A stretch of 64,000 nucleotides of DNA, from assembly GCA_028872875.1 (NCBI GenBank), contig JAGWOC010000009.1, forward strand, positions 1,806 to 65,805. The letters are read 5' to 3'. Position numbers and translations under genes: made by a program. Below, piece by piece: positions 8,920-16,657 of this stretch (position 1 is the first letter of the stretch; each line of letters opens with the position of its first letter). Source of the stretch: Chloroflexota bacterium (lineage in GTDB: Bacteria > Chloroflexota > Dehalococcoidia > DSTF01 > JACRBR01). The notes below the pieces were generated by a model. That model saw nothing but the letters and a program-made list of their open reading frames with translations. It ran no database searches and had not been told where the DNA came from.

Positions 8920-9026
8920 GGCCTTCGCAGTCGGCACCCTGTACCCGGATCCGCAAGTCGTGTGCCGGCCCCCGGCGCTGCCGCGCTGACAACTGACGAC
9001 CGACTACTGACACCGAAGATCTTGCC

Positions 9027-10076
9027 CTACGTGCCGCCGCGCGGCTGCCGCCCCTTGCTCTGGCTCCGCCCGCCAGTGCCCCGGCGCCGGCTCGGCTGGA
9101 CGCGCGGCGGCTCTCCCGGCGCTTTCGGGAACTGCGGCGGCCAGGGAGCATCCCCCAGCCCCTCGCGCTCCTGCCGCCGCACCAGCTCGAGCAGTGGTTC
9201 GAGGGAGTAGGCCACGTCGTCGATGCTGGCCGCCGGGTCGCCCCGCTCGTGAAAGCGCCGGGGCACGGTGGCCAGCGTGAAGTCCGCGGGGTCCGCGCCG
9301 GGCACGTCGTCCCACTCGAGCGGGCACGAGACGCGCGCGTCGGGCAGCGGCCGCACCGAGTACGCCGACGCCACCGTGCGGTCGCGCGCGTTCTGGTTGT
9401 AGTCGATGAAGACGCCGTGGCGCTCTTCCTTCCACCACGCGGTCGTCGCCAGCGCAGGCATGCGGCGCTCGACCTCCCGCCCGAGCGCCAGCGCGCAGCG
9501 GCGCACGTCGCTGAACCCCCAGCGCGCCTCGACGCGCACATTGATGTGGATGCCGCGCGATCCCGAGGTCTTTGGATAGCCACGCAGTCCCAGATCCTTG
9601 AGCAGCTCGCCCACGCCGAGCGCGACGCGCCGCACGTCGTCGAACGTCGCCTCGGGCGTTGGGTCAAGGTCGATGCGCAGCTCATCCGGGTGGTCGACAT
9701 CGCGGGCGCGCACCGGCCACGGGTTGAGGTCGATGCAGCCGAGATTGACCACCCAGGCGAGATCCGCAGGCTCATCGCACACCACGAGATCCGCGCTGCG
9801 CCCGCTCGGGAATGTGATCCGTGCCGTCTCGATCCACGGCGGCCGCCGCTGCGGCGCGCGCTTCTGGAAGAAGGGCTCGCCCGTGGCGCCGTCCGGGAAG
9901 CGTTTCAGTACCATCGGCCGACGCATGACACCGCGCAGGGCGCCGGGCGCCACGGCGAGGTAGTAGCGGACGAGGTCCAGCTTGGTGTAGCCGGGCTCCG
10001 GGAAGAAGAGCTTGTCCGGGTGTGTAACTGTGACCGTGCGCCCGCCGGCCTCGATTTCGACCGGGTCTTGAGCCAG
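9027..10076 (-). CDS. Stand-alone LigD-polymerase-like primase-polymerase (Prim-PolC type)
   Basis: THPDKLFFP, TKLDLVRYY, FFQKR, PDELRIDLDP, PKTSGSRGIH, WKEERHGVFIDYNQNARDRTVASAYSVR; start uncertain (CTG after GGAGGAGG). Confidence 0.9.
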   Translation of the reverse strand: MAQDPVEIEAGGRTVTVTHPDKLFFPEPGYTKLDLVRYYLAVAPGALRGVMRRPMVLKRFPDGATGEPFFQKRAPQRRPPWIETARITFPSGRSADLVVCDEPADLAWVVNLGCIDLNPWPVRARDVDHPDELRIDLDPTPEATFDDVRRVALGVGELLKDLGLRGYPKTSGSRGIHINVRVEARWGFSDVRRCALALGREVERRMPALATTAWWKEERHGVFIDYNQNARDRTVASAYSVRPLPDARVSCPLEWDDVPGADPADFTLATVPRRFHERGDPAASIDDVAYSLEPLLELVRRQEREGLGDAPWPPQFPKAPGEPPRVQPSRRRGTGGRSQSKGRQPRGGT

Positions 10077-10184
10077 ATGCGCCTCCTCCGCGGCGCCGGC
10101 AGACACCCGCGCCGCCCGCGCACACTCTACGGCACGGGCGGCGCCTCGTGGGCGCACGGCGGGTGTCACGGGTCCATGCGTTCC

Positions 10185-10213
10185 TTGACACTAGTCGGGG
10201 GCGATGCTAGATT
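10185..10213 (+). promoter_or_regulatory. Sigma70-type promoter of the cytochrome b operon
   Basis: TTGACA-17 bp-TAGATT with extended -10 TG. Confidence 0.75.
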
Positions 10214-10218
10214 CCCGC

Positions 10219-10236
10219 TTGATACGAGATTCACAA
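10219..10236. promoter_or_regulatory. Possible Rex-like operator
   Basis: TTGATACGAGATTCACAA versus Rex consensus TTGTGAAnnnnTTCACAA (right arm perfect), just downstream of the -10. Confidence 0.4.
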
Positions 10237-10306
10237 GCAGCGTTCCAACGAAGCCCAGCCACCGTGATGCCGTGCTGGGCCTTCTGGTGCGCTATGGGGG
10301 CATCAG

Positions 10307-10432
10307 TTGGAATTGCTCTGGACGGTTCCTGTGCCGTGGGCGCCAGATGCCCTGGAGCTCGTGTACGTGCTCGCCACCATCCTCATCTCGCTCGGGCTGA
10401 TGGTGGCGTTCGGCGCCTGGTGGTCGCGCTAG
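10307..10432 (+). CDS. 41-aa single-transmembrane protein, first gene of the cytochrome b operon (not in ORF track)
   Basis: TTG start after GGGGG; [41 protein letters not shown]; high GC3 codons; stop 16 nt before the cytochrome b ATG. Confidence 0.6.
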   Translation: MELLWTVPVPWAPDALELVYVLATILISLGLMVAFGAWWSR

Positions 10433-10448
10433 GCAGGGGAGGTCTCCG

Positions 10449-11204
10449 ATGGCGATGACGGAGCAGCCGAAGGGTCCGGGGCTGGGGGACTGGCTCTACG
10501 ACCGGCTCTTCCACAACTACATCTGGAGCTCCGTCTTCCGGTCCGGGTACCCGAACACGCCGCGCAACCAGATGCTGGCGATCGCCACCAACGTCTTCCT
10601 GCACCTGCATCCCACCAGGATCCACAAGACCCACGTGAAGATCACGCACACGTACTGCCTCGGTGGTCTGAGCTTCTTCATGTTCCTGGGCCTCACCGTC
10701 ACCGGCGTGATGCTCATGTTCTACTACGTGCCCGACGTCAACCGCGCGTTCAACGACGTGCAGGCGCTCGAGACCAACGTCCGCTTCGGCATGCTGATCC
10801 GCAACCTGCACCGCTGGATGGCCCACGCGATGGTGCTGCTCGTGCTGATGCACATGATGCGCGTGTTCTACACCGGCGCCTACAAGCCGCCGCGCGAGTT
10901 CAACTGGGTTGTCGGCGTCATCCTGCTCGTGCTGACGCTGCTGCTCTCGTTCACCGGCTACCTGTTGCCGTGGGACCAGCTCGCGCTCTGGGCGATCACG
11001 GTGGGCACGAACATCGCCGGCGCCGCGCCGATCCTCGGCGGGCAGTCACGGCTGGTGCTGATCGGCGGCTTCGATGTCGGTCCCAACGCGCTGATACGCT
11101 TCTATACGCTCCACGTCATCGCGCTGCCGCTGCTCGCGGCGATCTTCATGTCGGTGCACTTCTGGCGCATCCGCCGCGACGGCGGTCTGGCGCGGCCGCT
11201 TTAG
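10449..11204 (+). CDS. petB: Cytochrome b6-type subunit (N-terminal half of split cytochrome b)
   Basis: YCLGG (heme ci Cys), [33 protein letters not shown], helix D His pair separated by 14 residues. Confidence 0.92.
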   Translation: MAMTEQPKGPGLGDWLYDRLFHNYIWSSVFRSGYPNTPRNQMLAIATNVFLHLHPTRIHKTHVKITHTYCLGGLSFFMFLGLTVTGVMLMFYYVPDVNRAFNDVQALETNVRFGMLIRNLHRWMAHAMVLLVLMHMMRVFYTGAYKPPREFNWVVGVILLVLTLLLSFTGYLLPWDQLALWAITVGTNIAGAAPILGGQSRLVLIGGFDVGPNALIRFYTLHVIALPLLAAIFMSVHFWRIRRDGGLARPL

Positions 11205-11223
11205 GGCGCGGGAGGAGCGAACG

Positions 11224-12345
11224 ATGGCGGTAGCAGCACCGGCCGGCAGCGCCCGCGAGTCCGTCCGCCTGAAGCGCGAGCGCGACCAGGAGGTGCTCGT
11301 CTGGCCGGATCTCGTCTTCATCGAGTTCATCGCGGCCGTCCTCTTCACGATCACGTTCGTCGTGCTGGCGACGTTTTTCAACGCGCCGCTGCTCAACAAG
11401 GCGAACCCGAACGTCACGCCGAACCCCTCGAAGGCGCCGTGGTACTTCATGAACCTGCAGGAGCTGCTCCTGCACATGGACAAGGGCCTCGCCGGCGTCA
11501 TCGTGCCGACCATGCTCCTGATCGGCCTCATGGTGATCCCCTACGTCGACCGCGACAACGAGGGCCAGGGGACCTGGTTCGGGACGGTCAACTCCGTGCG
11601 CATCACCTTCTTCAGCTTCGTCTGGTCGGGCGTCTGGATCAGTTGGCTGATCCTGTGGGACAACGGTAGCCAGGTGCTGGTCTACCAGCACCTGCCACAG
11701 CTCTGGGGCAGCAACGAACGCCTGAAGTGGCTCGGCGACAAGAATCCGTTCAAGGGCTGGCCCGTCGAGGGCGTGCTGAAGCCGATCTGGGACTTCATCT
11801 TCCTGCCGAACCGGCTCGCGATCCGCGACACGTGGCACTGGAGCTTGCCGGTCCCGTTCCAGCCGGGCGCCGGGCCGCATGACGGGCGCCTCGACTGGCC
11901 GAAGGACTTCTTGCAGATCCCCATCCCCCTCAACGGCACCTGGGGCTGGAACTGGGGCGGCAAGCCGAACTGGATGCCTGGCTGGCTCCAGCACGTCTAC
12001 CCCTACAACTCGGACTTCAGCCTCCCCGCGATCACGGCCGAGTGGATCGTGCCGATCATCGCCATGGTGGGTCTGCCCGCGCTGATGATCTACATCCTCC
12101 ACAAGATTGGCTGGGCGCACACCGTGCGCGACGCCATGATCGCGCTCTTCACCGGCTTCATCGTCGTCTATTTCGCGCTGACGATTGTGGGCGCCGCCTT
12201 CCGCGGCAAGGGCCAAGCTCTCGTGCCCCCGTACCGCGTACCGAACCTTGAGAAGGACCCCAGCATCCTGCGGCAGGTGGAGCCGCCGCCGTCGCACCTG
12301 GTGCTGGCCGATCCGCGGGTCGTGGTGCGTGCGCGTGATGGCTGA
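11224..12345 (+). CDS. petD: Cytochrome b6 subunit IV-like protein with large Trp/Pro-rich insertion
   Basis: WPDL, ANPNVTPNPSKAPWYF (PEWY-equivalent), IPYVDR; extra ~130-aa domain and additional TM helices. Confidence 0.82.
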   Translation: MAVAAPAGSARESVRLKRERDQEVLVWPDLVFIEFIAAVLFTITFVVLATFFNAPLLNKANPNVTPNPSKAPWYFMNLQELLLHMDKGLAGVIVPTMLLIGLMVIPYVDRDNEGQGTWFGTVNSVRITFFSFVWSGVWISWLILWDNGSQVLVYQHLPQLWGSNERLKWLGDKNPFKGWPVEGVLKPIWDFIFLPNRLAIRDTWHWSLPVPFQPGAGPHDGRLDWPKDFLQIPIPLNGTWGWNWGGKPNWMPGWLQHVYPYNSDFSLPAITAEWIVPIIAMVGLPALMIYILHKIGWAHTVRDAMIALFTGFIVVYFALTIVGAAFRGKGQALVPPYRVPNLEKDPSILRQVEPPPSHLVLADPRVVVRARDG

Positions 12346-12460
12346 CGAAGCGACCAACGAACTTCAATCACCGCTTGGTACCCTGATGGTGACAGCAGTG
12401 AAGCCGCCGCCGCTCCTGCTGGTCGATGCGAGAACGCCGGCAGGTGGACGTGATGGCTGA
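12338..12460 (+). CDS. 40-aa ORF formed by duplication of the subunit IV/Rieske junction
   Basis: MADEATNELQSPLGTLMVTAVKPPPLLLVDARTPAGGRDG*; starts like the Rieske protein (MADE.T) and ends like subunit IV (PPP..L..D.R..RDG*). Confidence 0.4.
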   Translation: MADEATNELQSPLGTLMVTAVKPPPLLLVDARTPAGGRDG

Positions 12461-13229
12461 CGAAGTGACCGAAACACCGCAAGCCGAAGGGGGCGCGCCG
12501 GAGCAGCGGGCCGCTGACCCGCCCCCGGCAAGCAAGCCTGTGCCCGCCCGCGCAGCGTCCGGCGCGGTCGCGGCGACGCCCGCTGGCCACGCGATCGTCG
12601 TCGCGCAGCCGGCACCGGTTGGGCCGGTTCTGCCCAAGGTGTCGCGCCGTGGCGTCCTGCGGATCGGCTTCTGGGCCGGCCTCGGTGTCATGCTGGCATC
12701 GATTGGTACGACCATCATCTATAGCCTTTACCCGGAACGCCGCCTGGTGCCTGGCGGCCAGCAGTTGTTCGGCACGAGCGAGGTCAGCCCCTTCGGGAGC
12801 CAGATCAGCGTGGGCCCTGTCAGCCAGTTCGAGGATGGGAAGCCTGTGCACAACCTCGACGCGCGGGCCTGGATCATGAAGTTCGACAAGCACCACGCGG
12901 ACATCGAGAATCAGGCCGGCAATCACGTCAAGCCGGGCGCCATCCTCGCGCTCTACCAGAAGTGCCCGCACCTCGGTTGCACCGTCCCCTGGCGCGCGGA
13001 CTTCACGTGGACCGACGACCGCCCCGGTGTGAACCAGACGTACTCGGGATGGTTCCGCTGCCCGTGCCACGGCTCGACCTACACCTTTGGCGGCGTGCGC
13101 GTCTTCGGCCCCGCGCCACGTTCGATGGACACCTTCGCGATCGCCGTCACGAACGGCAACCTCGTGGTCGATACGGGCAAGATCACACTCGGTGACACGC
13201 ATGACCCCAACCGGGCGATCATGCCATGA
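12453..13229 (+). CDS. petC: Rieske 2Fe-2S subunit
   Basis: Tat-like SRRGVLR plus TM helix; CPHLGC and CPCHGSTY boxes; GPAPRSM. Confidence 0.92.
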   Translation: MADEVTETPQAEGGAPEQRAADPPPASKPVPARAASGAVAATPAGHAIVVAQPAPVGPVLPKVSRRGVLRIGFWAGLGVMLASIGTTIIYSLYPERRLVPGGQQLFGTSEVSPFGSQISVGPVSQFEDGKPVHNLDARAWIMKFDKHHADIENQAGNHVKPGAILALYQKCPHLGCTVPWRADFTWTDDRPGVNQTYSGWFRCPCHGSTYTFGGVRVFGPAPRSMDTFAIAVTNGNLVVDTGKITLGDTHDPNRAIMP

Positions 13230-13284
13230 GCGTTGAAGCCGTACTGCACCTCGTCGTCCGGAGGGGCGGCCTGAAGGCAACGAG

Positions 13285-14400
13285 ATGAACACAAGCAAGC
13301 AGATCAACATCATGATCCTGCTCGTGTTCGTGGCGGTCATCGCGGCCGGCGCGTACACGATCTGGGATCCGACTCGCGCCAGCGAGGCGAGGACGCGCCA
13401 GCTCCAGTTGACCCTGGACCGCGGCGCCTACTTGTTCGCGCAGAACTGCCGCGCCTGCCACGGGGACGCGGGCGAGGGCGGCGCCAAAGGGAACCGGCTC
13501 GTCCTCGCGCCGCCCCTGAACCGCCTCGACCTCCAGGGGCGCAAGACGGCGGGCGGCCCTGTCGACCTGGCCGCACAGAACGCCGCCTATAAGCTCGTCT
13601 TCAACACGATCACCTGTGGCCGCGTTGGCAAGGCGATGCCGACGTGGGGGGACAGCCAGGGCGGGCCGCTCAATGCCGAGCAGATCACGGATCTGACGAT
13701 CTTCATTACGAACGGCACCGCCTGGGGCACGGCGGACACATACGCGAACGAACTCAGCAACACGAGTTTTCTGACGCTGACGAAGGCCCTTGACAGCACA
13801 TCGACCGTGGTCGCGATCAGCAACGTGACGCCCCTCGCGAAGGACACGTACATCAAGATCGACAACGAGCTGATGGACGTGACCGCGGTCGATAAGAGCG
13901 CGGGCACCGTGACCGTGCAGCGGCCGAGCGGCAACACGAAGGCGGCGGCGCACAAGGCCGGCGCCGAGGTGCTCGTCGAGCCGCCGATCCTCGACCCGAC
14001 GAAGGTTGCCATCACGCAGCCGGCCTGCGGCCAGTTGCTCCCGCCGGTGGTACCGACCACGACCGGCCCGGCCGGCACGCCGACGGCCGTCCCGACCCCT
14101 GCCGCCAACGCGCAGAAGATCACCATCGTCGGCGAGAACCTCCTGTTCGACAAGACGGCCATCACCGCCAACGCGACCGCGCCGATCACGATCACGTTCG
14201 ATAACAAGGACGCCGGTGTGCCGCACAACATCCAGTTCTTCAACGGCAACAGCAACACCGCACCGAGCATCGGCATGACAGAGATCGCGACGGGACCGGT
14301 GACGCAGACGCTGAGCCTGGGCACGCTCAAGCCGGGAACGTATTACTACCAGTGCGACGTGCACCCGACGACGATGTACGGCACGTTGACGGTCCAGTGA
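13285..14400 (+). CDS. Membrane-anchored monoheme cytochrome c fused to a beta-rich module and a type-1 copper (cupredoxin) domain
   Basis: N-terminal TM; CRACH; AMPTWG axial Met; C-terminal PHNI...YYYQCDVHPTTM (His, Cys, His, Met). Confidence 0.88.
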   Translation: MNTSKQINIMILLVFVAVIAAGAYTIWDPTRASEARTRQLQLTLDRGAYLFAQNCRACHGDAGEGGAKGNRLVLAPPLNRLDLQGRKTAGGPVDLAAQNAAYKLVFNTITCGRVGKAMPTWGDSQGGPLNAEQITDLTIFITNGTAWGTADTYANELSNTSFLTLTKALDSTSTVVAISNVTPLAKDTYIKIDNELMDVTAVDKSAGTVTVQRPSGNTKAAAHKAGAEVLVEPPILDPTKVAITQPACGQLLPPVVPTTTGPAGTPTAVPTPAANAQKITIVGENLLFDKTAITANATAPITITFDNKDAGVPHNIQFFNGNSNTAPSIGMTEIATGPVTQTLSLGTLKPGTYYYQCDVHPTTMYGTLTVQ

Positions 14401-14406
14401 TCAGGC

Positions 14407-14436
14407 TTGACGCGCGGAAGCAGGCAACTCTAGACT
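14407..14436 (+). promoter_or_regulatory. Putative sigma70 promoter for the desulforedoxin-like pair
   Basis: TTGACG-18 bp-TAGACT. Confidence 0.55.
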
Positions 14437-14491
14437 TGAATCGCGGGCGCGCCGTTCCGGGGCGCCTCGGGCCGTCGAACGGAGGGACGTG

Positions 14492-14611
14492 GTGGCGAAC
14501 CAGGTAGGCAAGCGGTACCAGTGCGGCAAGTGCAACTCCGAGATGATCGTCACGAAGGCGGGCGATGGCCAGTTGTCCTGCTGCGGCCAGCCAATGCAGC
14601 AGAAGAACTAG
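14492..14611 (+). CDS. Desulforedoxin-like mini-protein 1 (39 aa, not in ORF track)
   Basis: GGAGG RBS + GTG; MANQVGKRYQCGKCNSEMIVTKAGDGQLSCCGQPMQQKN*; CxxC-x15-CC. Confidence 0.85.
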   Translation: MANQVGKRYQCGKCNSEMIVTKAGDGQLSCCGQPMQQKN

Positions 14612-14623
14612 GAGCAGCCGGGC

Positions 14624-14767
14624 ATGCCGAACCAGTTGGGCAAGCGATTCCAGTGCGAGGTCTGCGGGACCGAGGTCCTCTGCATCAAGCCGGGCGAGGG
14701 CCAGGTCGCGTGCTGCGCCGTGCCGATGCAGCTCCAGCAGCCGAAGGTGCTGCCCTCCGCCGACTGA
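14624..14767 (+). CDS. Desulforedoxin-like mini-protein 2 (47 aa, not in ORF track)
   Basis: AGGAG RBS + ATG; MPNQLGKRFQCEVCGTEVLCIKPGEGQVACCAVPMQLQQPKVLPSAD*; CxxC-x15-CC. Confidence 0.85.
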   Translation: MPNQLGKRFQCEVCGTEVLCIKPGEGQVACCAVPMQLQQPKVLPSAD

Positions 14768-14849
14768 CCGTTTGCCGTCTCGTCCGAACCTGTAGGCGGC
14801 GGCCGCGAGGCCGTCGCGTTGCGGTTGAGGGCGCGCGCCCCACGGACCG

Positions 14850-16352
14850 ATGACGCTGTTCGACAACGCCCGCGTCCTGACGATGGATCCCGCGCCTCCG
14901 CGTGCGACAGCCGTGCTCGTGCGCGATGGCACGGTCGCGGCGGTCGGCGGTGACGCGCTTGCGGCATCGCCGGGCGCGCGGCACATCGACTGCGCGGGGG
15001 GCGTGCTCGCGCCGGCGTTCATTGATCCACACTGCCACCTGCTGGCGGCCGCCGCGCGGGCGTGTTCGGTCGACTGCTCGCCGGTGGCCGTCCGCTCGAT
15101 CGCGGAGATACAGGATCGCCTGCGGGAGGCGGCCGCGCGGACGCGGCCCGGGGCGTGGGTCCGCGCCGCCGGCTACGACGAGTCGCGCCTCGAAGAGCGC
15201 CGCCATCCAACGCGCCGCGACCTCGACGCCGCTGCATCGCGGCATCCCGTGCGCCTGCTGCATCGCAGCGGGCACGCGGTCGTCCTGAACACAGCCGCGC
15301 TCCGGCTCGCCGGCATCGCCGGCGACACGCCGGAGCCCGCCGGCGGCGTGATCGACCGCTTCGGCGACGATGGCGAGCCGTCGGGCCTGCTGCTCGAGAT
15401 GGGCGACGCCGTCGACCGCGTTGTGCCGCCGCTGCCGTACGAAGAGCTGGCGTCCGGTGTCGAGGCGGTCGCGCAGGCATTCCTCTCGGCCGGCGTGACC
15501 GCGATCTGCGATGCCACGCACACGAACGGCGCGCGCGAGTGGAACCTGTTCGCCCGCCTGCAGACGGAGCGCCGGCTCCCGCTCGATGTCACGCTGATGG
15601 AGGGGGCCGCGCACGCGGGCGAGATGCCCGAGGCGCCACTGGCCCACCTCCGCCGCGGCCACGTGAAGATCATGCTGAGCGAAGCCGGCGGGCTGACGCC
15701 GGACGAGGTCGAGCTCGCGCACATCGTCGCCGGCCTGCACGACGCCGGCCGTGATGTTGCCATCCACGCGGTCGAAGAGCGCGCGGTGGCTGCGGCGATC
15801 GCTGCGATCGAGGCGGCCGTGCGCAGAGGGCCGCGGCCGCACCGCCACCGCATCGAGCACGCTGCGCTGGCGCCGCGCGGCGGGGCGGCCCGCATGGCCC
15901 GCGCCGGCATCACCGTCGTCACCCAACCCGCGTTCCTGGGCCACAACGGCGACCGCTACCTGCGCGAGGTGCCGCCGGAGAAGCACAGGCGCCTGTACCC
16001 GATCGGCTCGCTGGCGCGGGCGGGGGTGCGCGTCGCCGCGAGCACGGACGCGCCGGTCGTGCCGGCGTCGCCGCTCGAGGGCGTGCGCGCGGCAGTGGAG
16101 CGGCGCGCGCCGTCCGGGGCGACCGTCGGGTCGGGGCAGGCTGTGCCGCTTACGCGCGCGCTAGCGATGTGGACGCGGGACGCGGCATGGGCGATCGGCG
16201 CGGAGCGGGAGCGCGGCCGTATCGCGCCGGGCATGGTTGCGGACTTCGTGTTGCTGAGCGAGGCATCGGAACGCGCGGAGGTCGTGGCGGTCTACGTGCG
16301 GGGAGATCTCGTCGCGCCGGTTCCCGTTGGAAGGTCCCATCTTCCCGTCTGA
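14850..16352 (+). CDS. Amidohydrolase family 3 (YtcJ-like) metallohydrolase
   Basis: FIDPHCH, HAVE, RHRIEHA, STDAP, GRIAPGMVADFV. Confidence 0.87.
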   Translation: MTLFDNARVLTMDPAPPRATAVLVRDGTVAAVGGDALAASPGARHIDCAGGVLAPAFIDPHCHLLAAAARACSVDCSPVAVRSIAEIQDRLREAAARTRPGAWVRAAGYDESRLEERRHPTRRDLDAAASRHPVRLLHRSGHAVVLNTAALRLAGIAGDTPEPAGGVIDRFGDDGEPSGLLLEMGDAVDRVVPPLPYEELASGVEAVAQAFLSAGVTAICDATHTNGAREWNLFARLQTERRLPLDVTLMEGAAHAGEMPEAPLAHLRRGHVKIMLSEAGGLTPDEVELAHIVAGLHDAGRDVAIHAVEERAVAAAIAAIEAAVRRGPRPHRHRIEHAALAPRGGAARMARAGITVVTQPAFLGHNGDRYLREVPPEKHRRLYPIGSLARAGVRVAASTDAPVVPASPLEGVRAAVERRAPSGATVGSGQAVPLTRALAMWTRDAAWAIGAERERGRIAPGMVADFVLLSEASERAEVVAVYVRGDLVAPVPVGRSHLPV

Positions 16353-16386
16353 GGAGCGGCATAGTCATTGATGGCTGCGGGTCAAG

Positions 16387-16416
16387 TTGACACGCGATTC
16401 ACCGCGCCGATATACT
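16387..16416 (+). promoter_or_regulatory. Sigma70 promoter of the ilv-leu operon
   Basis: TTGACA-18 bp-TATACT directly upstream of the T-box. Confidence 0.75.
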
Positions 16417-16424
16417 CCCGAGCG

Positions 16425-16657
16425 TATACAGGCGACGAAGCGCGGCAGTAGGCCCGGATGCGCCTCGAAGCGAGCCGGTGATGGTGGAAGACCGGCAGGG
16501 CGGATGGGCCGAACTCAGCGTGGAGCCGCCGGGGTGAACATCGAGTAGCCCCGGCCGGGTCGCGACCGTTATCGCGCTCCGAGAGGCCCTCGCCGCGGCG
16601 AGGGCAAGAAGGGTGGCACCGCGGGCCATGACCCGTCCCTTTGTGGGCGGGTTTTTT
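16425..16657 (+). ncRNA. T-box riboswitch, Leu specifier (CUC)
   Basis: Stem I AGTA, GAG and GGTGGAA motifs; specifier loop GAACTCA (CTC 16514-16516); T-box AAGGGTGGCACCGCG (16609-16623); followed by terminator. Confidence 0.92.
16631..16657 (+). terminator. T-box attenuator terminator
   Basis: ACCCGTCC..GGGCGGGT stem followed by TTTTT. Confidence 0.85.

Noticed and set aside
10204-10458. 84-aa ORF upstream of cytochrome b6 in the ORF track
   Set aside because: Starts inside the promoter and has Arg-rich off-frame composition; the overlapping 41-aa hydrophobic frame is more plausible
10449-14400. Evidence for photosynthesis from b6-like genes
   Set aside because: b6-type split cytochromes occur in many non-phototrophs; no reaction-centre or bch genes here
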